Shown: one piece after another, positions 20,972 to 32,335 of the stretch
Numbering within the stretch: the first letter of the stretch is position 1
Layout of the letters: every line of letters begins with the position of its first letter
Origin: Fervidobacterium sp.
GTDB lineage: Bacteria > Thermotogota > Thermotogae > Thermotogales > Fervidobacteriaceae
Reading direction: 5' to 3'
DNA length: 64,000 nucleotides
NCBI GenBank assembly: GCA_049970055.1
Contig: JBMFNR010000002.1
Location: 532,406 to 596,405 of the forward strand
Program-made: the position numbers and the translations under genes
Notes under the pieces: model-generated
What the model saw: only the letters and a program-made list of their open reading frames with translations
Told to the model about the DNA's origin: nothing
Databases searched by the model: none

Positions 20972-21469
20972 TTAGAACAACGGTGTAAAGCCTTGCTTAT
21001 CCCAGTAAAACTGCTTTACATCGTTGTAGAGACTAATAAGCATATTTTTGTGCCCAGCTTCCCACTGCGCAAGTACATTCAATATTTTTTTCATGTCAGC
21101 GTCTTCTACTTTTTCAGCACTTGTTTTGTAAAAGTTTTCAAAGTCTTCTTCAATTAGATATGCCATTCTCAGTATGCTCAGGTCATTTGCCATATCATCG
21201 AGAGTGCTGGTACTCAACTCTTCTTTTTCCCTTCCTTCAAAAAAGTCCGTTTTTGTCAATACTGAATCAACATCAAGTTCAATATCTTTCTGAATATTTT
21301 CCATAAGTCTTTTGATGAATTGAATATGTTCCTCTTCCATTTTCCACAGGCTTTCTAATGTGTCTTTTACTTCTTTACTCTTAGCTCTTTGGGATTTTTC
21401 TTTGTAGAATTCTTTACCTTCGATTTCCCTTGCCAGTGCAAATCTCAGTATACCTAGAATCTTTTCCAT
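20972..21469 (-). CDS. Ferritin-like / rubrerythrin-domain di-iron protein
   Basis: Duplicated E...FY...EExH motifs (EEEH, EAGH). Confidence 0.85.
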   Translation of the reverse strand: MEKILGILRFALAREIEGKEFYKEKSQRAKSKEVKDTLESLWKMEEEHIQFIKRLMENIQKDIELDVDSVLTKTDFFEGREKEELSTSTLDDMANDLSILRMAYLIEEDFENFYKTSAEKVEDADMKKILNVLAQWEAGHKNMLISLYNDVKQFYWDKQGFTPLF

Positions 21470-21505
21470 AAGATCCCCCCCTTTATCAGAAGTGAAAGTC
21501 ATCTC

Positions 21506-21781
21506 TTACCTACTTAGTATATCATACATTCTTTCCATGTATTCCCTAATTTCGTACTCTGAAAAATTTCTTGCAAAGCGCTTTAATTCATTTCCATTCT
21601 CATCGGTAAAAAGAATAGTGGGAACTGTGAATACCATATTCTGACCGGCAACATCAGGTTTTTCAATTACATCCACAATTTCGAGATCAAGTTCGTACTC
21701 ACTGGCTATTCTTTTCATCTTTGGTAAAAATGCAACACATACTCCACATTTGTCGTTTTTGAAATACTTAACCTTAAACAT
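21506..21781 (-). CDS. Thioredoxin-fold protein
   Basis: CGVC motif, cis-Pro TVPT; ATG 21781 after GGAG. Confidence 0.85.
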   Translation of the reverse strand: MFKVKYFKNDKCGVCVAFLPKMKRIASEYELDLEIVDVIEKPDVAGQNMVFTVPTILFTDENGNELKRFARNFSEYEIREYMERMYDILSR

Positions 21782-21803
21782 ATGTCCAACTCCTTTCAAA
21801 GTC

Positions 21804-23453
21804 TTATTTATTATCAAAAAATCCATTTTGATACATAAAATCTAATATTTGTCTTGCCACGGGTGCCGCGTTATGACCACCACTCTCGCCATGCTCGATA
21901 AGGACCAATATCGAATACATTGGTTCTCTACTTGGTGCAAATCCAACAAACCATGCATGGGGTTCACCGTCATGCGTTTGTGCTGTTCCTGTTTTCCCAG
22001 CTACCTTCACCGGGAATCCTACAAACGAGCTTGCCGCAGTTCCAGCGCTCGACGCCGGACCTTGAATTGTTGTTACCTCTTCTAAACCGGTGATAATTGT
22101 ATCCCAGTATTCGTCAGGTATGCTCAATCCAATTTTTTCTTCTTTTGTTTCTTCATTTAATATCAATTTAGGTTTTACTATTATCCCTTTGTTCGCTATT
22201 GTATTATAAACACTGAGCATCTGCAATGGAGTAACATTAATGAATCCTTGACCTATTCCGTAAAGAATCGTGTCTCCTGGGTACCACTTTTCTTTGAAGT
22301 TTTCGTATTTCCAATCAGGTGTCGGTAACGTGCCGCTTACTTCTCCAGGGATTTGTATACCCGTGATTTGTCCAATTTTAAATGCTTTTGCAACATTTAC
22401 AATCCCATCAACACCAACATCAAGCGCAGCATTATAAAAATAAACATTGCAAGAAACTCGAAGTGCTTTTTTTAAATCAACAATCCCATGCCCCGACGGC
22501 AACCAATCCTTGTATATTCCCGTAACTCTCCCTTTGGAATCCATATATTTGTAAACTCCAGTACATGCCACGGTTTTAGGGGAGGAGTAAAGTAGTTGCG
22601 CTATTGCAGTAATAACCTTAAACGTGGAACCTGGTGGATATACGTTCGATATAGCCCTATTTAATAATGGTTTTAATTGGTCATTTGTTAGTTTCTCCCA
22701 TGTTATTGAATCAAGCTCGTTCATGTCGTTTTCCGGTGCGGGGAAAGATACCATTGCAAGTATTTCTCCTGTCTTTGGCTTGGAAACTATAGCAACCGAT
22801 GGTTTTCCTATTTGTTTCAGCGTTTCATATATGAATTTTTGCAAAGAAAAATTAATCGTTGTTTGCAAATTAAGACCGCTGTCCGCCTGATTTTCAAGAA
22901 TTCCCTGCTGATATTTACCACTTGGTGTTCTCAATGTGTAGGAAACTCCTATTTTCCCTTTTAGCACATCGTTGTAGGTGAACTCAAGCCCAGACACCCC
23001 TTCTTTATCTATATTAACACTACCCACAATATGATACAAAAAACCATACGAATGTCTTTTTTCGATCGTTTCAATTTTATAACCTATGCTTTTAAGAAGA
23101 AACGCTTGTTCCCAATCTAACTCAACACTACCTGTGTTTTTCAATCTCACAATCTGGTCGATCGGAAGATACCTTTTCAGTTTTATCTCATCATTTTCTG
23201 TGTATTTCTCAATGGCAAGTATGGGTTTTACCTCACTCCAAGCGATTTTCACACCATCTGAAGAATAAATCGTACCTCTAAGTCCTTTGTTGTATTCGCT
23301 CTTTCCAAGCAAATCTATCAAAAAACTTCTGTATTTTTGCTGCTCGATTATCTGCACTTTAACAAGTCCATAAATCAAGTAGAAAAACATGCACAAAAAG
23401 AGTATAAACGGTGTGTATCTTCTCAGACGAGCATTTTCCAATTTAATCACCAC
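21804..23453 (-). CDS. mrdA: Class B penicillin-binding protein 2
   Basis: RGTIYS, GSTFK, SCN, KTGTAQ. Confidence 0.9.
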   Translation of the reverse strand: MVIKLENARLRRYTPFILFLCMFFYLIYGLVKVQIIEQQKYRSFLIDLLGKSEYNKGLRGTIYSSDGVKIAWSEVKPILAIEKYTENDEIKLKRYLPIDQIVRLKNTGSVELDWEQAFLLKSIGYKIETIEKRHSYGFLYHIVGSVNIDKEGVSGLEFTYNDVLKGKIGVSYTLRTPSGKYQQGILENQADSGLNLQTTINFSLQKFIYETLKQIGKPSVAIVSKPKTGEILAMVSFPAPENDMNELDSITWEKLTNDQLKPLLNRAISNVYPPGSTFKVITAIAQLLYSSPKTVACTGVYKYMDSKGRVTGIYKDWLPSGHGIVDLKKALRVSCNVYFYNAALDVGVDGIVNVAKAFKIGQITGIQIPGEVSGTLPTPDWKYENFKEKWYPGDTILYGIGQGFINVTPLQMLSVYNTIANKGIIVKPKLILNEETKEEKIGLSIPDEYWDTIITGLEEVTTIQGPASSAGTAASSFVGFPVKVAGKTGTAQTHDGEPHAWFVGFAPSREPMYSILVLIEHGESGGHNAAPVARQILDFMYQNGFFDNK

Positions 23454-23466
23454 GCGACATCAATTA

Positions 23467-26094
23467 TTAATTGTCTTTGCTTAAGTACTTGTTCACAAGT
23501 TCCTGAACTACAGCCTCTTCATCTATATTTTTATCATCAAGCTTCAGACAATAGAGTTCTTCAAGGATCCGATTAAGTATTGGTCCTGACTTGAGCTGGT
23601 ATTTCTCGATTAGATATCTTCCAGTTACCACTTCGAGCTTGGTATTTGAAATGATATCTATGTAACTAAGAAGGTAATTTTGCTCATTGTCATTTAAATA
23701 AGCGGATATATGCGCATATATGTATGGATTACCTTTACCAACAACTCTGTAAATATCCATAAATGGGTATCTATTTTCTAACATTGACTTAACTGGAAGT
23801 ACGATATTCTCTGTGTATTTCAATGTTTCGATAAACTTTTTTGGATAACCATATCTATTTCTCATCTCTTCAAGTGTTGCTTTGTCATAAAATTCGAGTA
23901 AAATCGTTGAAAGAGCGTAGAATTCGCTGAATGAGTCAAACCTTTCTCGAAGCATTGGGATGAATCTGAATAACCTTTTGAGCTTTTCTTCCATTATTGA
24001 AGTATAGTAAGTTTTTGGAAATATATGTTTTATCATGCCAAGTTCAGCCATTCTTTTTATAGCCTTTAGTGGGGTTTTCTCTTCAAGTATCTTTTCGATC
24101 TCTTGCCTTATCCTTGATCCAGAAACTTTTTCAAGATAATTTTCTTCAAGATTCTTCTTTAGTAAGTTTAATGTATGCTCATCCATTTCGAAATTATATC
24201 TTTGTTCAAATCTTATACCTCTTATCATCCGTGTTGGGTCTTCTATGAAACTCAAATTGTGTAGAACACGTATAATACCTTCTTCAAGGTCTTTTTGACA
24301 ATTGAAAAAGTCGTATAAAGTCCCGAATTCCTGTGGATTCAATTTTATTGCCATAGCGTTGATTGTAAAGTCTCTTCTATATAGATCTTTCTTTATTGTA
24401 CTTATGTCAACTTGTGGTAGTTCGCCAGGACTTTCGTAATATTCCGTTCGTGCGGTTGCGATGTCAATTTTAAAACCATCTTTAAATACGACGGTTGCAG
24501 TGAAGAATTTTTCATATGTTACGAGAATCGCGTTAATTTGAGATGCCACGTATTTTGCAAATTCTATACCATTACCCTCGACAACAATGTCTATATCGTA
24601 ATTTTCAATGTTTAGTAACAAATCCCTCACGAAACCACCAACAACATAGACGGGGGCATTAAGCTCGTTGCCGAACATACCAATTAATCTAAGTAAATTG
24701 ATGATCCTTTTATTGACCCTAGAGTTTAGTATTTCTAATACATTCCTAAACATAGGTTTAGTTTCTTCTTTCTTTGTGTAGTTAATAGCCTTATGTACGT
24801 TTTCGGCTTTCATAATGTCAGATCTTGTAACAATCCCAACTAAGATATTATTTTCGTCCAATATAGGTATCCTTCCAATATCATTTTCAACCATCAACTT
24901 ACGAAGAGCAGGTAAAGGCGTATCAGTTTTAGCTGTTATCAATTTTGACGTCATGATAGACTTAATTGGGCGTTTACCGAGTCCGTGGTTTAGGGCTTTG
25001 TCAACAGATTTCTTTGTAACTATGCCAATTAACTTATTCCCTTCTACAATAGGTATCCCACCATGTCCTGTAATTTCCATGATCCTATTAACTTCTTCGA
25101 TTGTTTCCGTCGAAAGAGCGGTTCTAACAGGTGAAGACATTATATCCTTCGCTTTCAAACTTGTGTCCATATACTTTGGAAGCAGTTGCAATATTTTGTG
25201 TTCAACCTCCTCAACAGATGCTATGCTTACTGTTGCTGAGGCAGCTTGTCTATGCCCTCCTCCGCCAAACTCACTCATGAGTCCCGCAAGATTTATATCA
25301 GGTGATTTTGTTCTTCCAACTATAAAAACCTTTTTCCCCATTCTTACAATGGCTATAAGTGTTTCAGCATTTTGAGTATACCAGAATTTAGAAACGATAG
25401 CAGAAAGTCCACCTATAAATTTTTCGGTTTCATCTTTGGTTATAGTGATTGGGTAATTGTTGATGTTATGCAGTTTCGCATTCTGTAACAAGTTGTTTAA
25501 GACAATCTTTTGATCAATAGTTAAGTCGAACTTCACGTACTCAGAAACTATATTCAATGACATACCTTGATTCAACAAATACAACACGGCCTCTACATCC
25601 TGAGTTGTTGTGCTTGAAAACAACAAACTACCGGTATCTTCGTATATAGCGATGCCAAGTAATGAAGCTTCTTCTTTTGACAATTTAAGCCCTTTCTCCC
25701 GTAACATATTAACAACTATTGTAGCTGCGGCCCCTGTTTGGTGTATTATTTTTTCCGTGTATGTAGTGCTATCACCTGAGTCACGTATGTCTGGATGGTG
25801 GTCAATGACCTTTATTTTCGTATTCGATGTTGTTCTTTTTTTTATCTCATCACTTACTCTTTCCAAGCTTGGTGTGTCGACTATTATTAACTCATCGATA
25901 CTCTCATTAACGTTTTTGAGTTCGTTTTCTGTTTTATATCGAAAAAAATCCCCATAAAATTGGAGAAATTCTTTTAGATTTTGCAAGGGATTACCAGATA
26001 TCACTATCTCAAAATTTGGATAAATCTTTTTTAGTCCTATGCAACTTGCAAATCCATCAAAATCAGGATTAATATGCGTTGTGACAACTTTCAA
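23467..26094 (-). CDS. cca: tRNA nucleotidyltransferase (CCA-adding) with N-terminal DHH/DHHA1 and CBS domains
   Basis: HINPDFD, IDHH, GGGGH, CBS pair, VGGFVRD..DIDIV, RRDFTINAMA, EDPTR. Confidence 0.92.
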   Translation of the reverse strand: MKVVTTHINPDFDGFASCIGLKKIYPNFEIVISGNPLQNLKEFLQFYGDFFRYKTENELKNVNESIDELIIVDTPSLERVSDEIKKRTTSNTKIKVIDHHPDIRDSGDSTTYTEKIIHQTGAAATIVVNMLREKGLKLSKEEASLLGIAIYEDTGSLLFSSTTTQDVEAVLYLLNQGMSLNIVSEYVKFDLTIDQKIVLNNLLQNAKLHNINNYPITITKDETEKFIGGLSAIVSKFWYTQNAETLIAIVRMGKKVFIVGRTKSPDINLAGLMSEFGGGGHRQAASATVSIASVEEVEHKILQLLPKYMDTSLKAKDIMSSPVRTALSTETIEEVNRIMEITGHGGIPIVEGNKLIGIVTKKSVDKALNHGLGKRPIKSIMTSKLITAKTDTPLPALRKLMVENDIGRIPILDENNILVGIVTRSDIMKAENVHKAINYTKKEETKPMFRNVLEILNSRVNKRIINLLRLIGMFGNELNAPVYVVGGFVRDLLLNIENYDIDIVVEGNGIEFAKYVASQINAILVTYEKFFTATVVFKDGFKIDIATARTEYYESPGELPQVDISTIKKDLYRRDFTINAMAIKLNPQEFGTLYDFFNCQKDLEEGIIRVLHNLSFIEDPTRMIRGIRFEQRYNFEMDEHTLNLLKKNLEENYLEKVSGSRIRQEIEKILEEKTPLKAIKRMAELGMIKHIFPKTYYTSIMEEKLKRLFRFIPMLRERFDSFSEFYALSTILLEFYDKATLEEMRNRYGYPKKFIETLKYTENIVLPVKSMLENRYPFMDIYRVVGKGNPYIYAHISAYLNDNEQNYLLSYIDIISNTKLEVVTGRYLIEKYQLKSGPILNRILEELYCLKLDDKNIDEEAVVQELVNKYLSKDN

Positions 26095-27332
26095 TCTATC
26101 ACTTCCCGTTTTTTCAGTTTATTAATCGTTCCGGTCACTATTTCGACATCTCCTGTAGAATCTATCCTAGCTATTCCGTAGAATATTTCAAAATATCTCT
26201 GAAACATTCCAGAAGTCCGTCTTTCAACTACGGGTTTCCAAGAGCCGCAATTCATGAAAAATTTGAGTTTACCATCGACTTTAAGAACTTCAAAATGTGG
26301 CTTGTGGCTATGTCCTACAACTATTCCATCTACGCTGTCGATTTTTTTAATGTTTCCAATATCTTGCGTAATATTATTATAATGGTATAAATAACCGTCC
26401 ATATTTTTGTAGAAGAAGATAGGAGATTTGAATATCTTAACTGCCGCTTTTTTTAGATAATCTGTCTTTTTAAATTTTCTAATTTCCATAACACTTCTGA
26501 CTATCAATTCACCTAGTTTAATACCACCTATTTTGTTCAAAAATATTATGGAAAGTTTGCTCATGAGCGGGTATTTTTTCTTCATCCATTCTTTTGCTTC
26601 GTCTTGTCTCATCATATCTATAAAGTTGTCGATCCATAATTTAAGTAAATCAACACTATTTTCGTACATCTGTGTTATCTTTTCCAGCCACAAAAACACA
26701 TCTAGTGTAGGCCTAACGTTATCGTAATCACGAATAATTTGCTCTGGGACGTATTTAATCATTTCCTTGTCAAAATTTACCATCATATATCTCGCAATAA
26801 AATCACCCAACGGTGGGATTATTTCATCACCAATTTGCGTAAATCTGTTTATCGAATCAAATTGGTTTCCGTGGAATGCTAATATTTTACTTTTCTCGTC
26901 GTAAAAATAAGGAACAATTTCGATGTTACGAAATTTTTCTTTTAACGCGTCTTTTAATTTTTCGTTTTTAAGTATATAGTAATCGTGATTACCTATTACA
27001 TACGTAATTTTCCCCGGAAAATTTCTTAAAGCTTCAAATACCTTTGGATGAGCTCTCTCAATTTGGTCTATAACTTTCCCATCAAGCAATTGGACACTTT
27101 CCCAAAAACTAACAAGTCCGAGCTCACGAATTGACTCGGATTCTAAAATTTCAAAGCCATCGCCAACGATCACTAATTCTGGATTTTCGAAATAGCTCCA
27201 ATTTTCTATAAGTGATTCAAACAAGTCATCCTGTGCAAAATCATCTTTACTATTTCCGTCACCTATGTGTAAGTCGCTTATGAATATGATATTTCTCACA
27301 AAAAACCACAACCTTATATTTTGTCTTACCAT
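26091..27332 (-). CDS. Calcineurin-like metallophosphoesterase (LpxH/YbbF-like); true start may be GTG 27299
   Basis: SDLH, GD, GNHD, HG, GHSH, NCGSW. Confidence 0.85.
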   Translation of the reverse strand: MVRQNIRLWFFVRNIIFISDLHIGDGNSKDDFAQDDLFESLIENWSYFENPELVIVGDGFEILESESIRELGLVSFWESVQLLDGKVIDQIERAHPKVFEALRNFPGKITYVIGNHDYYILKNEKLKDALKEKFRNIEIVPYFYDEKSKILAFHGNQFDSINRFTQIGDEIIPPLGDFIARYMMVNFDKEMIKYVPEQIIRDYDNVRPTLDVFLWLEKITQMYENSVDLLKLWIDNFIDMMRQDEAKEWMKKKYPLMSKLSIIFLNKIGGIKLGELIVRSVMEIRKFKKTDYLKKAAVKIFKSPIFFYKNMDGYLYHYNNITQDIGNIKKIDSVDGIVVGHSHKPHFEVLKVDGKLKFFMNCGSWKPVVERRTSGMFQRYFEIFYGIARIDSTGDVEIVTGTINKLKKREVID

Positions 27333-28162
27333 TCGAATATCTTTTCAGGATGCACATACACAATCGTAGTTCCGGAAATATTTATCTTTTTAATTGCCCT
27401 TTCAAGCCCCCTAACGTAACGTGAAGAAATGTGGTAAAGAACAAGAAATTTTACGTTAGTATCCTTAACAAGTTCAATCACTTCATCTAAGGAAGCATGG
27501 TTGTTAAATTTTCTATCTTGTTTGTTTAAGAATGTGCACTCGTGAAATAGAATTTCCGTGTCGACTATGTCTTCTTTTTTTAAAAGAATGGTATCACCGG
27601 AAATGGTAAGTATTTTTTTTTCGTAAAGTTCCGTTATCTCATTATTTCCGAGTGTGCGTGCTAGTTGCGATATTTCGTTGCTTGGAAGGTTTCTGTATTC
27701 ATCTTTAAGTCTCCTACGTACATCGATGACATGGTAGCCAAATGAAATTTCACTGTATGTGTGATTTACCTGGAAAGGTTTTACATATCGTGTGAAAGAG
27801 CCGGAAGTTCTAAGAAATATCTTCTCATCACTTTTCACAGGGATGAAATTCAGATCAAACCTAAGATCATTATTAGCTCTTTTTAAAAATTCAGCGTATA
27901 TTTCTATCCCCTTGTTCCCTTGAGGATAGTAAACTGTAAGTGGCTTTTCTCTATCTCCCATTGCGTTGTTTCTAGTATTTATTATCGACCAAAGACCGGC
28001 GATGTGATCAACATGTCCATGAGTAAGAAAGATATGCTTTACGGCGTAAACTTTGTTGCTAAGCATCGTTGCTATACCTTCACCAGCATCAAATAAGATT
28101 CGTTCCGGTGAGTAATAAATCCATGTAGAATACAAAGCTTTACTGAAAGCTATAAAATTCAA
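27326..28162 (-). CDS. rnz: Ribonuclease Z, Thermotoga type
   Basis: FSKALYSTWIYYSPERILFDAGEG, THGHVDH, SGDT, HECTF, HISSRY. Confidence 0.92.
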   Translation of the reverse strand: MNFIAFSKALYSTWIYYSPERILFDAGEGIATMLSNKVYAVKHIFLTHGHVDHIAGLWSIINTRNNAMGDREKPLTVYYPQGNKGIEIYAEFLKRANNDLRFDLNFIPVKSDEKIFLRTSGSFTRYVKPFQVNHTYSEISFGYHVIDVRRRLKDEYRNLPSNEISQLARTLGNNEITELYEKKILTISGDTILLKKEDIVDTEILFHECTFLNKQDRKFNNHASLDEVIELVKDTNVKFLVLYHISSRYVRGLERAIKKINISGTTIVYVHPEKIFEW

Positions 28163-28198
28163 AAAGACGACACCTCCAAAATCTTTTTAAAGATATTC

Positions 28199-28651
28199 TT
28201 ATTCTTTTACAACCTCTATCTTTATTTTTCCACTTACACCACCAGGAAGTTTAACTTGAACATCATATGTGCCAAGAGCTTTAATAGGACTATCAAGTAC
28301 GATCCATTTCTTATCAAATTCTTTTGAAAGAACTTTTGATATCTCATCTGCTATAGTGCTACTTGTAAGTGAACCAAATAGTTTTCCACCTTCTCCAGCT
28401 TTTGCTTTAATTTTAAAAACGTGTTTGTGTAGTTCAGAAAGCAAACTTTCGCCCTCTTTCTTAAGGGCTTGCTGTTTTTTTCTTTCTTCTTCTTTTTCTT
28501 TCTCCAGCTGTTTTAAAACTTCAGTAGTTGCTTCCTTAGCCAATCCTCTTGGCATCAAATAATTTCTTGCGTATCCATCTGAAACATTTATCACTTCGCC
28601 TTTTTTTCCAAGTTTCGGTACGTCCTGGATCAGCACAACCTTCATACGCAC
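28199..28651 (-). CDS. rplI: 50S ribosomal protein L9
   Basis: GYARNYL, KLFGS. Confidence 0.98.
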   Translation of the reverse strand: MRMKVVLIQDVPKLGKKGEVINVSDGYARNYLMPRGLAKEATTEVLKQLEKEKEEERKKQQALKKEGESLLSELHKHVFKIKAKAGEGGKLFGSLTSSTIADEISKVLSKEFDKKWIVLDSPIKALGTYDVQVKLPGGVSGKIKIEVVKE

Positions 28652-28659
28652 TTCCTCCC

Positions 28660-29439
28660 TTACTTGAGATTGTTTATGACCAGATACCTATCTTTGCCGG
28701 CCAAATCCTTGAGTACAATTCCGTTTGTAAGTTCAATCAGTTTGTCTGCTTGGTCACTTCCTATTTCCATAATAACTATTTTACCTTTTAAATTGTAACG
28801 TTTAAAGAATTCTTTGTAAAAATTTAGTCCATCCTTACCGGCAAAGAGCGCATGTACAGGTTCGTATGTGACTTCTTTTGGGAGCTTTGCATCTTCACGT
28901 ACGTAAGGTGGATTAGAGATGACCATCTGTATTTCATCGAAAATATCCTCGAAAGGTTCTGCAAACTTACCGAGTTTCATATCACATTTTACACCAAATC
29001 TTGATGCATTCTTAAGTGCAACGTCGAGAGCTTTTCGATCAATATCTGTCCCGTAGCACGTAATGTTTGTTTCCAAAGCTATTGTGATTAATATTGCTCC
29101 ACTTCCAACGCCAATTTCCAACACGTTTTTTATACCATACTTTCCAATATAGTCAATTGCAATTTCCACAAGCCCTTCTGTCTCCCATCGCGGTATAAGT
29201 ACTCCCTCTTCTATGTAAAACTTCCTACCGTAGAATTCGACTTCACCAATTATGTACTGTAAGGGGTATCCACTTAGCCTTTTTTCCAAAAGTTCTATGG
29301 CTTCATGCGAACATTCAACATCATCATGGGCTATAAAATACTCTTTTGGCTTTTTAGTAACGTGGCTTATCAAAATTAGAGCTTCCCTCTCGGGAAGCCC
29401 CTTATTTTTGAAAAAGCGTAGAGCATCGGAAACTTTCAC
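28660..29439 (-). CDS. prmC: Release factor glutamine methyltransferase
   Basis: [24 protein letters not shown]. Confidence 0.95.
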   Translation of the reverse strand: MKVSDALRFFKNKGLPEREALILISHVTKKPKEYFIAHDDVECSHEAIELLEKRLSGYPLQYIIGEVEFYGRKFYIEEGVLIPRWETEGLVEIAIDYIGKYGIKNVLEIGVGSGAILITIALETNITCYGTDIDRKALDVALKNASRFGVKCDMKLGKFAEPFEDIFDEIQMVISNPPYVREDAKLPKEVTYEPVHALFAGKDGLNFYKEFFKRYNLKGKIVIMEIGSDQADKLIELTNGIVLKDLAGKDRYLVINNLK

Positions 29440-29463
29440 TTCTGGAATCCCTCCAAAAAGTAT

Positions 29464-29772
29464 CTATATCCCGAGTTGTTTTCTCACTACAGGGTCAATT
29501 CTATCTGGTGTCCATGGTGGGTCAAATGTTAATTCGACTTCCACATTTCCAACTCCTTCAATGAGGCGAATTTTCATCTCAGCATCACTCATAATACCAC
29601 CAGCTAATGGACACATCGGCGTTGTCATCGTCATTAAAACTTTAACGTTGTTTTGATCGTCTACCTGGATATCATATACTAATCCAAGTGTTATGATATC
29701 TAGTCCTATTTCCCAATCAATAACCTCTTTCAATTTGTTCCAAACAGCTGTTCTTAATTCTTCCTTTGTCAT
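29464..29772 (-). CDS. DUF59/SufT Fe-S assembly protein
   Basis: DIITLGLVY, MTTPMCP, FDPPW. Confidence 0.9.
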   Translation of the reverse strand: MTKEELRTAVWNKLKEVIDWEIGLDIITLGLVYDIQVDDQNNVKVLMTMTTPMCPLAGGIMSDAEMKIRLIEGVGNVEVELTFDPPWTPDRIDPVVRKQLGI

Positions 29773-29774
29773 CT

Positions 29775-31073
29775 TTATTCATCTCCTTTCGCTAATTGCT
29801 CTATCTTTCCTGCAATATCATAGGCGACGCTTGATATATACTCTTCATCAGGCCCTTGCACAAACACCCTGATAAGTGGTTCTGTTCCAGATGGTCTAAC
29901 AACTATATTGATATCGTCTCTTTTATATTTTTCAATAATTTTCTTAACCTCTTCGTGTTCTAAAATAAGTTTGTTTTTTGTCTTTACGTTTAGCATTATC
30001 TGAGGATAGTCTGGTATTTCATCTGAAAGTTCTGACAATTTTTTACCTGACTTGACCATTACACCTATAATCTCAAGCGCGGTTATAAGTCCATCGCCTG
30101 TTGTAGACCTGTCTAAGAAAATTATATGGCCACTTCTCTCTCCGCCAACGTTTGCACCAACTTCGAGCATCTTTTCAAGCACATATCTATCGCCAACTTT
30201 TGTTCGAATAAGTTTTATGTTATTGCTTTTTAAAAAAATTTCAAGCCCCAAGTTAGAAAGCACAGTGCCAACAACAACATTGTTTTTAAGACTTCCTTCT
30301 TCCTTCATCTGTTTCGCACATATTCCTATCATCTTATCTCCATGTACTTCTTGTTTTTTCTCATCTATCAGTATACATCTGTCAGCATCACCGTCGTGGG
30401 AAATCGCTAAGTTGTGATTTGTCATCTTAGACATGGCATGTTTAGGATCGGTAGATCCGCAATTTACATTTATATTGTAACCATCAGGGGTATTGTTGAT
30501 AATTTCTACTTTCGCGTTGAGTGCTTTAAGAACGTACGGAGTAGTTTCATATGCAGCTCCATTTCCAGCGTCTACAAGGACTTTTAATCCTGTAAGGTCC
30601 AGATCGGAAAATTGTTGAACGACGTAATTGGTATACTCCTCAAAAGCAAGTTTATAATCAACTACACAACCTATCTCGTTGTAAGGTAGATAATGGATTT
30701 CTTTCATCCTATGTTCTAATGTTTCTTCAACATCGTCCGGTAATTTGAATCCCCTTGAAATAACTTTGAGTCCGTTGAACTCTGGGGGATTGTGAGACGC
30801 AGAAATCATGACACCTACGGCGTCTTCTAACTTTGTAATTACTGCAAGTGCAGGAGTTGGTAAGACACCACACCTGTATACGGTAGCTCCACCAGCCGTA
30901 GCACCGGCGGTTAATGCCGCTTCAAGCATGTCACTACTTGCACGTGTATCCTTAGCTACAAATATCCTTTTGTCTATGTACCTTGCAAGCGCATTTCCAA
31001 GTTTGAAAGCAATTTCAGGTGTCAATTCTTCATTGATTACGCCTCTTATCCCATCAGTACCAAAAAGCCGCAT
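29775..31073 (-). CDS. glmM: Phosphoglucosamine mutase
   Basis: FGTDGIRG, SASHNP, DGDADR, GERSGH, RPSGTEP. Confidence 0.95.
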   Translation of the reverse strand: MRLFGTDGIRGVINEELTPEIAFKLGNALARYIDKRIFVAKDTRASSDMLEAALTAGATAGGATVYRCGVLPTPALAVITKLEDAVGVMISASHNPPEFNGLKVISRGFKLPDDVEETLEHRMKEIHYLPYNEIGCVVDYKLAFEEYTNYVVQQFSDLDLTGLKVLVDAGNGAAYETTPYVLKALNAKVEIINNTPDGYNINVNCGSTDPKHAMSKMTNHNLAISHDGDADRCILIDEKKQEVHGDKMIGICAKQMKEEGSLKNNVVVGTVLSNLGLEIFLKSNNIKLIRTKVGDRYVLEKMLEVGANVGGERSGHIIFLDRSTTGDGLITALEIIGVMVKSGKKLSELSDEIPDYPQIMLNVKTKNKLILEHEEVKKIIEKYKRDDINIVVRPSGTEPLIRVFVQGPDEEYISSVAYDIAGKIEQLAKGDE

Positions 31074-31107
31074 AACAGTGCCTCCTCATTTACTTTTCAT
31101 TTACTTC

Positions 31108-31782
31108 TTATCTACTCCCAGTTTCCCCTGGTACAAGTGACTTGATCCATTGGACAAATTCCGTATAATTCCTTGTCTGGATGTAAACCCTTCCTGGCCC
31201 CATGAAAGTACAAACAAGTCCTTCTCCGCCGAATAGTGTCGACTTTATTCCACCGAACGTTTTTACACTATAATTTACACTTCCATCGAACGCAACAACA
31301 TGGCCCGTATCTATCGTAATCTGCTCGCCTGGTGCTAATTCAAGCAATTTAATACCACCAAAAGATGAAACTGCTACATCACCATAGCCCTTTAATTTCA
31401 GCAAAAATATACCTTCCCCAGCAAAAAACGACCTGAAACCACCGAATGAAACATCGATATCGACCGACGCATCACTTGCTAAAAAAGATGTTGACTGCAC
31501 GTACAAAACATCATTAATATGTATAACTTCTATATCTCCCGGAAGCTCTGGTGCAGCTCCGATTTCTCCGTTTCCATGAGAAGTGTACGTATTCATGAAG
31601 AAACTTTCTCCACCTAAAAGTGCGCGTTTCAAGGCATTAAACACACCACCAGTTGATGTCTGAACCTCAATTGGTCCTCGCATGTAAACCATAGCACCAG
31701 GTTCCACTTTTACACCCTCTCCAGGATCAATAAAAACATTTAAGATAGCATAACTGCCTTTGAATTCGATATTATACCTCAT
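31108..31782 (-). CDS. AIM24/TIGR00266 family protein
   Basis: [33 protein letters not shown]. Confidence 0.9.
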   Translation of the reverse strand: MRYNIEFKGSYAILNVFIDPGEGVKVEPGAMVYMRGPIEVQTSTGGVFNALKRALLGGESFFMNTYTSHGNGEIGAAPELPGDIEVIHINDVLYVQSTSFLASDASVDIDVSFGGFRSFFAGEGIFLLKLKGYGDVAVSSFGGIKLLELAPGEQITIDTGHVVAFDGSVNYSVKTFGGIKSTLFGGEGLVCTFMGPGRVYIQTRNYTEFVQWIKSLVPGETGSR

Positions 31783-32335
31783 TTTCGCCGCCTCCTAATT
31801 TATATATGTACACCCCCTCTTCGTTGTCAATTTCTTTCAATTTTACTTTAACAATTTCTTTTTCCTTTGAGCTTGGAATATTTTTGCCAACGTAATCTGG
31901 TCTTATTGGAAACTCCCTGTGGCCTCTATCAATAAGAACCGCAAGTTGTATGCTTTGTGGCCTTCCACGTGAAATAATAGCATCCATTGCAGCACGAACA
32001 GTTCTACCGGTAAAGAGCACATCGTCCACTAGTATTACCTTTTTCTCTTTTAGGTCAAAATCTATAATGCTCCTATCACTATTTTTTGGAGAACGCTTTT
32101 CATCGTCCCTGAAAGGAGATACATCCAAAAAGCCGACAGGGACCTCTATACCTTCAATTAGTGATATGTTTTTACCTATCCTTTTAGCTAAATATGCGCC
32201 TCTCGTTATAACACCTATGAGCACAAGATTATCTGCACCTTTGTTCTTTTCAAGAATTTCGTGGGCAATCCTCATCAAAGATCGCCTAATATCGTCCTCA
32301 CCCAAAATTTTTATCATTTTTACTTCCATGCTCAC
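31772..32335 (-). CDS. pyrR: PyrR regulator / uracil phosphoribosyltransferase
   Basis: [35 protein letters not shown]. Confidence 0.95.
   Translation of the reverse strand: MSMEVKMIKILGEDDIRRSLMRIAHEILEKNKGADNLVLIGVITRGAYLAKRIGKNISLIEGIEVPVGFLDVSPFRDDEKRSPKNSDRSIIDFDLKEKKVILVDDVLFTGRTVRAAMDAIISRGRPQSIQLAVLIDRGHREFPIRPDYVGKNIPSSKEKEIVKVKLKEIDNEEGVYIYKLGGGENEV

Noticed and set aside
24815..25375. Long antisense ORFs (here and at 34279-34839)
   Set aside because: In-register shadows of cca and the cyclodeaminase gene, with no SD or motifs.
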